This document shows positions 45,193 through 53,917 of a stretch of 64,000 nt of DNA, one piece after another (positions within the stretch are counted from its first letter, which is position 1; each line of letters opens with the position of its first letter). Source of the stretch: Thermovirgaceae bacterium (lineage in GTDB: Bacteria; Synergistota; Synergistia; Synergistales; Thermovirgaceae); the NCBI GenBank assembly GCA_040767805.1, contig JAXGNU010000005.1, forward strand, positions 64,001-128,000, given 5' to 3'. Position numbers and translations under genes: made by a program. A model generated the notes under the pieces. It saw only the letters and a program-made list of their open reading frames with translations. It did not search any database and had not been told where the DNA came from.

Positions 45193-45710
45193 GAGGCTTC
45201 CTCCTCTCCCGCCCCGGGCAGCAACTCGCCGCTGATGGTCTCCCTATCCCGTAAGGATACCAGGACACGGCGGGCGAGGTTCCTGCAAAGATCCAGGAAG
45301 ATGCCGTAGGGGCGGCCGGCAAGGGAAAATATCAGCGACATGAAGGCCGAGGAAACCGCTATCTGCTTCCAGGTCGCCCCTGCGAAGAGGAGGACGATGA
45401 CATAAAGGGGCACCTGGAAGATGACGAAGGCCAGGGTGTCGCCCCCGATCATTTTCAGGGGCATTGTCCGGTCGATCCCCAGGAAGGTGAAAAGCCTGTC
45501 CCTGAACCAGCCGTAAGGCCTCCCGGTGACCAGGTTGACCGGTATGGCGGCGATCCTCGCCTGGACGGACTGGAAAAAGGTGAGCCTGGCGATGAAGATC
45601 TCGATCATCATGCACAGGGCCGTGGAGAAGATCATCATGGCCGTGATATCGGCGGCGGCCATGACGAGCCTGTCGCGCCTTTCACCCCGCCTGATGGTCC
45701 CATCCGACAA
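45189..45710 (-). CDS. alaE: L-alanine exporter AlaE-family protein (start uncertain)
   Basis: ADITAM...IEIFI...QS..AR..AIPVN...RPYG.FRD...D.LAFVIFQVPLY. Confidence 0.8.
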   Translation of the reverse strand: MSDGTIRRGERRDRLVMAAADITAMMIFSTALCMMIEIFIARLTFFQSVQARIAAIPVNLVTGRPYGWFRDRLFTFLGIDRTMPLKMIGGDTLAFVIFQVPLYVIVLLFAGATWKQIAVSSAFMSLIFSLAGRPYGIFLDLCRNLARRVLVSLRDRETISGELLPGAGEEEAS

Positions 45711-45920
45711 GGCATCCCGCCCCCTTCTCGCCCGCCGACGGGCCGGCTCTTCAAGACGCGCCGGCCGGTCGACCAACAATTTTTAAATACTATATGAAAA
45801 ACCCTCGAAGGGCCAGTCTTCCGGCGTTGCGGCGCCGAAGGTCCGTTTCGATGGGGTGAGCCTGGTGCTATGATAACAGGGTAAATATCCCCGATCCGGA
45901 CAGGAAAGGAGCTGGAGGAG

Positions 45921-46388
45921 TTGGCGAAAAGGTCGTTTTCCTCCTGGACCGTCCTTTTTTTACTTCTCGTCTCCTTCAATGCCGCCCAGGCCCAGGATCT
46001 TTCCGGTTACTGGGATGTCAAGGTGCAAGGCGCCGATCATTTCACCGACAGGGAACCCTCCCAGGTGCCCATCGCTGAGACGGAGACCTTCATGCAGATC
46101 GACCGCGACAACGGGAAGGTGGTGATCACCTTCGGCGGTTTCGGGGGGGTCCACTCCGCCACGATCTTCAAGGGGGCGGCGGGAGAGGACCGCTTCGTGG
46201 CGACCTGGTGGTACGAGGCCTACCCCTACGAGACCAAGGTCCTCACGGGGCTGTACGAACCTTCCAGCGGCAAGCTAAGGGGGAGGATGATCTACCCCAG
46301 GGTCTCCGACAGGCCCGGGATTGCGCCGGGCTGGGTGGATGTCGAATACGTGGCTACCAGGAGGACCGTCATGGCGCCCAGCCGTTGA
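45921..46388 (+). CDS. Hypothetical secreted beta-rich protein
   Basis: RBS before TTG; signal peptide ending AQA; no recognised family. Confidence 0.6.
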   Translation: MAKRSFSSWTVLFLLLVSFNAAQAQDLSGYWDVKVQGADHFTDREPSQVPIAETETFMQIDRDNGKVVITFGGFGGVHSATIFKGAAGEDRFVATWWYEAYPYETKVLTGLYEPSSGKLRGRMIYPRVSDRPGIAPGWVDVEYVATRRTVMAPSR

Positions 46389-46407
46389 GACCGGTCATCC
46401 ACGCCGT

Positions 46408-47610
46408 TCAAATGATAATGTTCCTCCTCCGGGCCATTTCGAGGACCCTCTCCTCGAGATCCGGGCCTTCCAGTTCGGCAGCGACATCCTTAAGAAGAAG
46501 GGGGATATCGAGGCCCTGGGGGCATTTCCCCAGGCACTGCCCGCACTCGACGCACTGGGAGGCGAAACCGCTCCCGCTCCTCTGCAAAACGCCGCTCATC
46601 CTCATCACGTAAGAGTCCTTGCCCCCCTCGAGGTCGCCGAAGAGGTGGACCCTGTCGAAGACCTCGAAGCAAGCGGGGATGTTAACCCCCGCGGGGCAGG
46701 GCATGCAGTAACCGCATCCGGAACAGCCGACCTTCATCAACTCCCTGTACCGGGCGGCTGCCCGCTTGACGAGGCCCCTTTCTCCGGGGGTCAGCGAATT
46801 GGGCAGGGCTTCGCCGGCTGTCCCCAGGTTCTCCTCTATGTGGGCTTCATCGTTCATGCCCGAGAGGACCATGACGACGCCGGGATGGTCCCAGACCCAG
46901 CGCAGGGCCCATTCGGCGGGGGTTCTCTTCAAGGGGGCCTCATCCCACAGGGCGGCGATCGGGGGCGGCGCCCCGGGCAAGCCCAGGTTCCCTCCCCGGA
47001 GGGGTTCCATGACGAAGACCCCCAGGCCCTTCGAGGCGGCGTACTCGAGCCCCCTGGTGCCGGCCTGGTTCTCCTCGTCCAGGTAGTTGTACTGGATGAG
47101 GCAGCATTCCCAGGGGTAGGCGTCGACGATGGGGGCGAAATCCGTCCCGAGGCCGTGGAAGGAGAATCCCGCGTTCACGATCCGGCCGTCGGCCTTGGCC
47201 CTGTCGAGGAAATCCCTTGCGCCGAGGGCGTCGAGGCGTTCCCATAGTGGCCCGGTGAGGGTGTGCAGGAGGTAGTAGTCGATGCGGTCTGTCTGGAGTT
47301 TCTCCAGTTGGGCCTCCAGGAAGCGGTCCATGTCGCTCCGGGACTTCACCAGGAAGGAGGGCAGCTTCGTGGCCAGCCTCACCCTCTCCCGGTAGCCGTC
47401 CCGGAGGGCCCTCCCGAGGAAGCTCTCGCTCTCCCCCCCGTGGTAGGTCCAGGCGGTGTCGATATAGTTGACGCCCCTGTCAATGGCGTACCGGACCTGG
47501 GCGGCGGCCCGCTCCTCGTCGATACGGCCTTCCTTCGTCGGGAGGCGCATGCACCCGAACCCCAGTATGGACAGTTCATCGCCCGTTTTCGGCACTTTGC
47601 GGTAGAGCAT
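46408..47610 (-). CDS. Aldo/keto reductase with C-terminal 4Fe-4S dicluster
   Basis: LGFGCMRLP, DTAWTY, MEPLRGG, CSGCGYCMPCP, CVECGQCLGKCP. Confidence 0.93.
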   Translation of the reverse strand: MLYRKVPKTGDELSILGFGCMRLPTKEGRIDEERAAAQVRYAIDRGVNYIDTAWTYHGGESESFLGRALRDGYRERVRLATKLPSFLVKSRSDMDRFLEAQLEKLQTDRIDYYLLHTLTGPLWERLDALGARDFLDRAKADGRIVNAGFSFHGLGTDFAPIVDAYPWECCLIQYNYLDEENQAGTRGLEYAASKGLGVFVMEPLRGGNLGLPGAPPPIAALWDEAPLKRTPAEWALRWVWDHPGVVMVLSGMNDEAHIEENLGTAGEALPNSLTPGERGLVKRAAARYRELMKVGCSGCGYCMPCPAGVNIPACFEVFDRVHLFGDLEGGKDSYVMRMSGVLQRSGSGFASQCVECGQCLGKCPQGLDIPLLLKDVAAELEGPDLEERVLEMARRRNIII

Positions 47611-47687
47611 CGCAAGGATCACCTCTTCCTGGAGAGCCGCCGAAGCCGCTCCCCCGGCGTTTCAGTCTCTTCGATTTAAGGTTTCAA

Positions 47688-48407
47688 TCATTCTTGGGGG
47701 TCTAGTCCACTTGGAGCAGGCGCCTTTCCGTTTTCTAGGATTTTCCAGAGGCTGTCCATGATGTGCTCCTGCATTAGGTCCCTTGCGCCTTTTGGATCCT
47801 TGTTCTTGATCTTGTCCAGGATCTCGGCGTGTTCGAGGGAAAATTTGCGGCGGTCCTCTATAGGCCATTCCTTGAATTTTTTTCTCTGAATCGAAATCTC
47901 CGCCCTGATCGAGTTGTAAAGCTGGATCAGGAGCTTGTTGCCCGAGAGTTTCACTATGGTGTCATGAAACCTGGCGTGAAGGTCAACATCAGGTTCCGGC
48001 AGGAGCTCGTCCTCCTTGAGGATTGCCTCCAGTTCAGAGATCGTTTCTTTTGTCGCTCGCTCGGAAGCCCAGTAGGCCGCCTGGGCTTCAATAAGAAGAC
48101 GGACCTCCATCAGCTCGATGAGTGAGGATCGTCCCGAAATGAGCTTGACAAGCTCTGTGTTGTGGATATTCCTCAAAGCATTGGGGGAGAGAAAAGTACC
48201 GTTGCCTGGACGGGGCTCGACTATCCCGAAGAAGGCGAGGGATTTCATTACTTCCCTGATCGAGTTGCGGCTCACCTGGAACTCTGAAGCCAACGCGCTC
48301 TCTCCAGGCATGCGGCTGCCTGGTTCCCAGTAACCTCTTTCAATGGCGGTCAACATCTGCGTCAGGACCGATTCGTAAAGGGTTGAACGCACAACCGGTT
48401 TGATCAT
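47688..48407 (-). CDS. FadR/GntR-family transcriptional regulator
   Basis: PGESALASEFQVSRNSIRE, GNGTF; FCD domain; divergent from the TRAP operon. Confidence 0.93.
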   Translation of the reverse strand: MIKPVVRSTLYESVLTQMLTAIERGYWEPGSRMPGESALASEFQVSRNSIREVMKSLAFFGIVEPRPGNGTFLSPNALRNIHNTELVKLISGRSSLIELMEVRLLIEAQAAYWASERATKETISELEAILKEDELLPEPDVDLHARFHDTIVKLSGNKLLIQLYNSIRAEISIQRKKFKEWPIEDRRKFSLEHAEILDKIKNKDPKGARDLMQEHIMDSLWKILENGKAPAPSGLDPQE

Positions 48408-48497
48408 TTCCTATCCTCTTTCTCTTGTTTTGTCGTTTGCTCCCAACGAGGGGGGGGAATCCCAAAAAGGGTAATCCATTCTTTTTCTCAAAATTAT

Positions 48498-49766
48498 GGA
48501 ATCTCTGAAAAAGTCCTCTAGAAACGGACCTTGACCTAGTAAAATATGGTTGTGACAGCCTTGGTTTGTCCATTCCAGCCTTCTGTACGACCATACCATC
48601 CTTTGAGGGAGCTGATCCCGCATGAAGAGCCAGAAGAGCCTTGCCAACGCCGTGACCTTCGAGAAGTTTAAAAAGACCACAAGGCGCGAGCAATTTCTGG
48701 CCGAGATGGAACAGGTCGTCCCCTGGAAGGAACTTTGCGCCCTCATTGAACCTTACTACCCCAAGCTGGGAAGGGGTAGACCTCCCATAGGACTGGAACG
48801 GATGCTTCGGATCCATTTCCTGCAGAGTTGGTTCAACCTCAGCGACCCCGGAGCCGAAGAAGCGCTCTACGATATGGAATCCATGAGGCGATTTGTTGGG
48901 ATAGACCTCGGCAACGAGCCTGTACCGGACGAAACGACGATCTGCAAGTTCCGCCACCTTCTCGAGGCCCATGACCTTGGCAAGATGATCTTCAGGGAGG
49001 TCAACGCCCACCTTGAATCAAGAGGTATGAGGCTCTCCGAGGGTACCATCGTTGATGCCACCATCATCAACGCTCCGTCTTCGACGAAGAACAAAGAGAA
49101 GAAGCGGGACCCAGAAATGCACTCCACGAAGAAAGGCAACCAGTTCTACTTCGGCATGAAGATCCACATAGGTGTCGACAAAGCCACTAAACTGGCCCAC
49201 AGCCTTGTCACTACGCCTGCCAACGTGCACGACTCGCATCTCATCGGCGAACTTCTTCATGGGGGAGAAAGCGGAGTATGGGGCGACTCGGCCTACATGG
49301 GCAAGACGGAAGAGATCAACGACAAGGCTCCCATGGCCTCGGATAACACGAACAAAAGGTCCACCAGAAACAGGAAGCTCACGGAAGAGGAGAAGGAAAG
49401 GAACAAGATGCTTTCCAAGACCCGCGTTCGGGTAGAACACGTCTTCGGTGTGGTCAAGAACGTATTCGGATACAGGAAGGTTCGCTACAAGGGTCTTGCG
49501 AAGAACACCAATGGCATCCATGTTCTCTTTGCTTTGTCTAACCTTTACATGGTCAGGAGGGAACTGCTCTCGCTCCTGGCAGGGGTGTAGTGTCCCTGGA
49601 TATGGGGAGAAAGGCCAGAAAAGGAAGCAAAAGGGGCGATACAATCCTCCGAAGGCCTTGAAATGATCTTCTTAAGACCGGAATAGCCTGACTTATCCAC
49701 AGGAAACGGATTCGGTTGTCAAGGTCCCAATGTTGCAACTATCAAGGTCTTTTGTTCAGAGGTTCC
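48498..49766 (+). mobile_element. Complete IS5-family insertion sequence (1269 bp)
   Basis: IRL GGAATCTCTGAAAAA versus IRR reverse complement GGAACCTCTGAACAA (13/15); 4-bp TSD TTAT at 48494-48497 and 49767-49770. Confidence 0.95.
48622..49590 (+). CDS. IS5-family DDE transposase
   Basis: RREQFLAEME, VPDETTI, VDAT, FGMKIHIGVD, GDSAY, RVRVEHVF, RYKG. Confidence 0.97.
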   Translation: MKSQKSLANAVTFEKFKKTTRREQFLAEMEQVVPWKELCALIEPYYPKLGRGRPPIGLERMLRIHFLQSWFNLSDPGAEEALYDMESMRRFVGIDLGNEPVPDETTICKFRHLLEAHDLGKMIFREVNAHLESRGMRLSEGTIVDATIINAPSSTKNKEKKRDPEMHSTKKGNQFYFGMKIHIGVDKATKLAHSLVTTPANVHDSHLIGELLHGGESGVWGDSAYMGKTEEINDKAPMASDNTNKRSTRNRKLTEEEKERNKMLSKTRVRVEHVFGVVKNVFGYRKVRYKGLAKNTNGIHVLFALSNLYMVRRELLSLLAGV

Positions 49767-49806
49767 TTATATATTAGAGCCCGTCAATGCTCCAATTTTA
49801 ATAAAG

Positions 49807-50716
49807 GGTGATTGCACCCTATTTGGCACTGGTATTAGGATGGTGCCATGGACCTCAAAGCCTATGAACACTTGATCCGTACCGAGTCTGCAGCCAGGAA
49901 ATTCATGTTGGGATTTTGCTGGAAAAACCAACAAAGATTTTGTCCTAAATGCAGACAAAGAAAACTTTACAGGCTTACTGACGGTAGACGTCGATGCTCC
50001 CGTTGCGGTTATACCTTCCACGACTTCTCCGGAAGGTGGATTAATCTGGTTGACCTTGACTGCGGACAGTGGCTTCGGCTAATAAAGCTCTTCGAGCTGG
50101 AGCTTTCATCCCGAAAGATCGCCCAACAGCTGTCCGTTTCATACAAGGTCGCCCACAGGGCTGTAATGGTTCTTAGAGGGGCCATAATGGCCCATGCACC
50201 CGACGCCCAAAAACTTCTGGGCGGCGAGGTGGAAATAGATGAATCCTATTTCGGCGGCAAACGTAAAGGCAAACGCGGCCGCGGCGCCTCCGGCAAGGTC
50301 CCGGTCTTCGGCATCCTGGAAAGGGACGGACTTGTTCACGTGGAGGCCGTCCCGAACGTAAGGGCCGAAACGCTCCTTGGCATGACCATCAAGAAGGTGC
50401 GCCGCGGAAGCATAGTCTACACGGACAAGTTCAAGGTCTACGATTCCCTTATGTTCTGCGGATACAGGCACCTCAAGGTGGATCACGGCAAAAGGGTCTA
50501 TGCCAGCGGCAAAGTCTACATCAACGGCCTGGAAGGCTTCTGGAGCTTTGCCAAGGAACGCCTTATCAAGCACCATGGTGTTTCAAGGACCTGGTTCCCT
50601 TATTACCTGAAAGAACTCGAGTTCCGGTACAATAACCGACGAAACGAAATATTCAATGTTCTCTGTCAGTATATATGTGACTTTACACCTCTTGTGCCAG
50701 ATAGGGAGTAATCACC
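49807..50716 (+). mobile_element. Complete IS1595-family insertion sequence (910 bp)
   Basis: 23-bp IRs GGTGATTGCACCCTATTTGGCAC / reverse complement GGTGATTACTCCCTATCTGGCAC (20/23); 8-bp TSD TAATAAAG at 49799-49806 and 50717-50724. Confidence 0.95.
49848..50711 (+). CDS. IS1595-family transposase
   Basis: Zn finger CPKC...CSRC, HTH, VEIDESYFGG, VYTD, NGLEGFWS. Confidence 0.95.
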   Translation: MDLKAYEHLIRTESAARKFMLGFCWKNQQRFCPKCRQRKLYRLTDGRRRCSRCGYTFHDFSGRWINLVDLDCGQWLRLIKLFELELSSRKIAQQLSVSYKVAHRAVMVLRGAIMAHAPDAQKLLGGEVEIDESYFGGKRKGKRGRGASGKVPVFGILERDGLVHVEAVPNVRAETLLGMTIKKVRRGSIVYTDKFKVYDSLMFCGYRHLKVDHGKRVYASGKVYINGLEGFWSFAKERLIKHHGVSRTWFPYYLKELEFRYNNRRNEIFNVLCQYICDFTPLVPDRE

Positions 50717-50772
50717 TAATAAAGAGGTCCTCCCTCCCCCTCGCCCCTTTTTAGCTGATATCCCCCCTCACG

Positions 50773-50847
50773 TAGGATTATATTGACAGCAGTATGCCCA
50801 TTTGTTACTCTATTTGAGCACTGTGAATTATCCTACAATAGGATAAT
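50773..50847 (+). promoter_or_regulatory. Promoter and palindromic operator of the opine/Grd operon
   Basis: TTGACA (50783)-N17-TACTCT (50806) with TGn extension; perfect IR ATTATCCTA-CAA-TAGGATAAT at 50827-50847; extra half-site TAGGATTAT at 50773-50781. Confidence 0.75.
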
Positions 50848-50914
50848 AATATTATCAAGGTAGGGAGAATGATTCATCGCTTTCGCTCAATCTTAACCAA
50901 GGGGGAGGGAAATC

Positions 50915-51436
50915 ATGACTGCAAAAGACGTTGTGAAAAGGCTTTGGTCAATGCTATACGAAATTCAGGGGTTTGTGTTGTTCATACTGATGCTTGGCGT
51001 AACGGTCCTCGTCTTTGTGCAGGTAATCATGCGGTATGTTCTTCATGCTCCTCTCATGGGCATTGAGGAACTGTTGCTTTTCCCGGCAATATGGCTCTAC
51101 CTCCTGGGAGGAGCAAGCGCTTCTATGGAAAGGACCCATATAGAGTGCAATGTGATCAATGTTTACGTGAAGGGTCCCCTCGCGCTCAAATTACTGGAGA
51201 TCCTGAAATCGTCCATCTCCCTGGGCGTATGCTTGTGGCTCACCTATTGGGCCTTTGAATACTTGCAGTATTCGTTGAGAGTTTGGAAACTCAGTAACCT
51301 CCTTTACATCCCCCTCTTCTTTGGCGAAAGCGCCCTCTTCATCTGTCTTACCCTTATGGCGGTTTACACCGCCGTGGAACTTGGAGACGACTTCCTTGGC
51401 CTCAGGGCTGCTTTAAAAAGCGAGGAGGCGGAATAG
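50915..51436 (+). CDS. TRAP transporter small permease (DctQ)
   Basis: QVIMRY, GIEEL, HI; 4 TM helices. Confidence 0.9.
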   Translation: MTAKDVVKRLWSMLYEIQGFVLFILMLGVTVLVFVQVIMRYVLHAPLMGIEELLLFPAIWLYLLGGASASMERTHIECNVINVYVKGPLALKLLEILKSSISLGVCLWLTYWAFEYLQYSLRVWKLSNLLYIPLFFGESALFICLTLMAVYTAVELGDDFLGLRAALKSEEAE

Positions 51437-51438
51437 CC

Positions 51439-52752
51439 ATGAGTCTCACGACAGTAATACTTCTCGATGTTCTGATCCTTATCCTTCTTTTGATCTTGAG
51501 TGTTCCACTGCCCTTCTGTTTTGGAGGCGCCCTGCTTTTTTTGACCCTATTCGGGAACGTGTCCATGGCCAGCATGATGATGTGGGGATTCAACCAGATG
51601 ATAGCCATGGTCCTCTTGGCCAGTCCCCTTTTCATTTTCGCCGGGCTACTCATGGCTAACAGCGGGATTGCTGACACGCTTTTAGATTTCGTGGATTTGT
51701 TCGTAGGAAGGATCAAGGGAGGATTGGGTGTCGTCAGTACAGTAACCTGCGCCATAATCGGGGCCATTTCGGGCAGCGGCTTTACCGGCGTAGCGGCCAC
51801 CGGGCCCATAATGGTTCCCCGGATGGTGGCCCAGGGTTACCCCAGGGGTTACGCCACGGCCCTGGTTACTGTTTCCTCCATCCTGGGACTACTGATACCG
51901 CCGAGTGTGACCATGATCATCTTCGGATGGATTACGGAGACATCGATCCTGGCCTGTTTCCTTTCCACGGTGGGGCCAGGGCTCCTGATCACCCTATCTC
52001 TATCGATCGTCAACCTCGTATGGGTCCGCAAGATGCCCGGTATTATCCTGGAAGACCTCGAGACGCATAAACAAAGAAGAAAGGAAATGCCCGCCCGTTT
52101 CTCCAAGGCCATCCCGGCCCTTTCTATTCCCTTCGTGATCTTGGGGGGGATTTACGGTGGAGTTTTTACTCCCACCGAAGCGGCCGCCGTGGCCGCGATC
52201 CTGGCCCTGCCGATAGGGTTCTGGGTGTACAAGGGGCTGAACCTCAAGAATTTCATCCCCCTCGTGAGAGAATCGGCAACGTCCGTAGGGGCCATTATGA
52301 CGATGATCCTTTTCACCCTGATCCTGAGCCAGACCTTCGTCATGCTCAGGGTTCCCCAAATGCTTGTACAAGTGGTGTTCCGTTTAACGGAGAACTACTG
52401 GCTGATCCTTTTCCTCATCAATATTTTTCTCTTCTTTGTAGGGATGATAGTCAATGACATTACGGGGATAATCCTGATCGCCCCTCTCCTTCTCCCCCTT
52501 GTCCGGGAGATGGGTATGAACCCGATCCAACTCGCGGCCATCATGGGAACCAACCTCGCCATGGGCGGTGTGACGCCTCCTTATGCCAGCATCCTCTATC
52601 TTGGGATGAGGGTAGGCAAATGTGAATTCACCGACATCTTCAAGCCGACCATGATTTTTTTGATCGTTGCCTATATCCCCATCATCTTCCTAACGACCTA
52701 TTGGGCTCCGCTCTCAATGTGGCTGCCGACGGTCCTCGGTTATGTGAAATGA
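51439..52752 (+). CDS. TRAP transporter large permease (DctM)
   Basis: PLFIFAG, GAISGS, LIPPS, FTPTEAA, VTPP. Confidence 0.95.
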   Translation: MSLTTVILLDVLILILLLILSVPLPFCFGGALLFLTLFGNVSMASMMMWGFNQMIAMVLLASPLFIFAGLLMANSGIADTLLDFVDLFVGRIKGGLGVVSTVTCAIIGAISGSGFTGVAATGPIMVPRMVAQGYPRGYATALVTVSSILGLLIPPSVTMIIFGWITETSILACFLSTVGPGLLITLSLSIVNLVWVRKMPGIILEDLETHKQRRKEMPARFSKAIPALSIPFVILGGIYGGVFTPTEAAAVAAILALPIGFWVYKGLNLKNFIPLVRESATSVGAIMTMILFTLILSQTFVMLRVPQMLVQVVFRLTENYWLILFLINIFLFFVGMIVNDITGIILIAPLLLPLVREMGMNPIQLAAIMGTNLAMGGVTPPYASILYLGMRVGKCEFTDIFKPTMIFLIVAYIPIIFLTTYWAPLSMWLPTVLGYVK

Positions 52753-52804
52753 GAAAAGGGGGGTTCCCCTGTTGTGACCCTCAGGTATCAAGGAGCGTGG
52801 TGAA

Positions 52805-53899
52805 ATGAAACCGGTAGTGACTGTTCTAGGTGCGGGAAATGGCGGACAGGCCCTGGCAGGTCACTTGGCGCTCAAAGGCTACAGTGTGCGGCTTTTTGAA
52901 CACCCCGATTTTGGAGATAAGGTCCCCGTCATAGAGGACATGGGCGGGATCGAATTGAGAGGTAAACTCGAAGGCTTCGGCGAACTCGAAAAAACCACGA
53001 CAAACGCCGCAGAGGCCCTGGCGGGGGCTGATGTCGTCTACGTTGCCGCGCCGTCTTTTGCTCAGAAACCCATCATCGATAAAGCAGGTCCTTATATTTC
53101 CGAAGGGATGAAAGTGGTGTTCCTACCGGGGAACTTCGGCTCCCTGGAAGCCGTTAACTGGCTGGATGCCGGGAAAAAAGAGGGGATCCTTTTGGGGGAG
53201 ACCAATACACTCCCCTATGCCTGTAGACAGATCGAACCCGGCATTGTGGACATCTGGGGGATCAAGACGAAGGTCTTGTTGGCGGCCCTGCCGTCAAAAA
53301 GGAACGGAGAACTGCTTGAAGCAGTGGGGGAAATGTTTCCCACCGCTATCGTGGAAGCGTCCAACGTCCTTGAGACTGGTTTTTCCAATATGAACATGGT
53401 GGTCCACTGCTCGACGATGATCCTGAATGCCGGACGCATTGAATCTGAAAAAGGTAATTTCCGTTTTTATACTGACGGAATGAGCCCATCGGTATGCAAA
53501 ATTTCTGAATTTGTCGATGCTGAAAGGATCGCCGTCGGGAAGGCTCTAGGTCTTAAGCTTCAGACAGAGATCCAGTGGCTTAGAGAAACTTACAGCCTGG
53601 AGGGTGAGACTCTCTACGAGGTTCTCCAGAGTAGCAACGTTTACGGAGGTCATGGTCCTGACGCTCCAAAAACCTTATCCCATAGGTACCTTACGGAAGA
53701 CGTTCCCTATTTGCTGGTGCCGGTGGCTTCCCTGGGACGTGCTCTCGGTGTGCCCTGTCCCGTGATCGAGAGCATAATTCTACTGGCGGGGAAGATCAAC
53801 GGCAGGGATCACTTTTCTGAAGGGCGGACAATGGAAAGGATGGGATTCCGCTCCGCCGGTATCGAAAGCATCAGGGAAAAGCTGGTGGAAGGAGCATAG
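52805..53899 (+). CDS. NAD/NADP-dependent opine (octopine/nopaline) dehydrogenase family protein
   Basis: GAGNGG, ETNTLPYACR, NMNMVVH, RFY.DG, DAERI, RYLTEDVPY. Confidence 0.9.
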   Translation: MKPVVTVLGAGNGGQALAGHLALKGYSVRLFEHPDFGDKVPVIEDMGGIELRGKLEGFGELEKTTTNAAEALAGADVVYVAAPSFAQKPIIDKAGPYISEGMKVVFLPGNFGSLEAVNWLDAGKKEGILLGETNTLPYACRQIEPGIVDIWGIKTKVLLAALPSKRNGELLEAVGEMFPTAIVEASNVLETGFSNMNMVVHCSTMILNAGRIESEKGNFRFYTDGMSPSVCKISEFVDAERIAVGKALGLKLQTEIQWLRETYSLEGETLYEVLQSSNVYGGHGPDAPKTLSHRYLTEDVPYLLVPVASLGRALGVPCPVIESIILLAGKINGRDHFSEGRTMERMGFRSAGIESIREKLVEGA

Positions 53900-53917
53900 C
53901 TCGGGGAGGATCAGGGG

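Noticed and set aside
48498..50716. IS5 plus IS1595 as one composite transposon
   Set aside because: Different families, each with its own IRs and TSD, and no cargo between them
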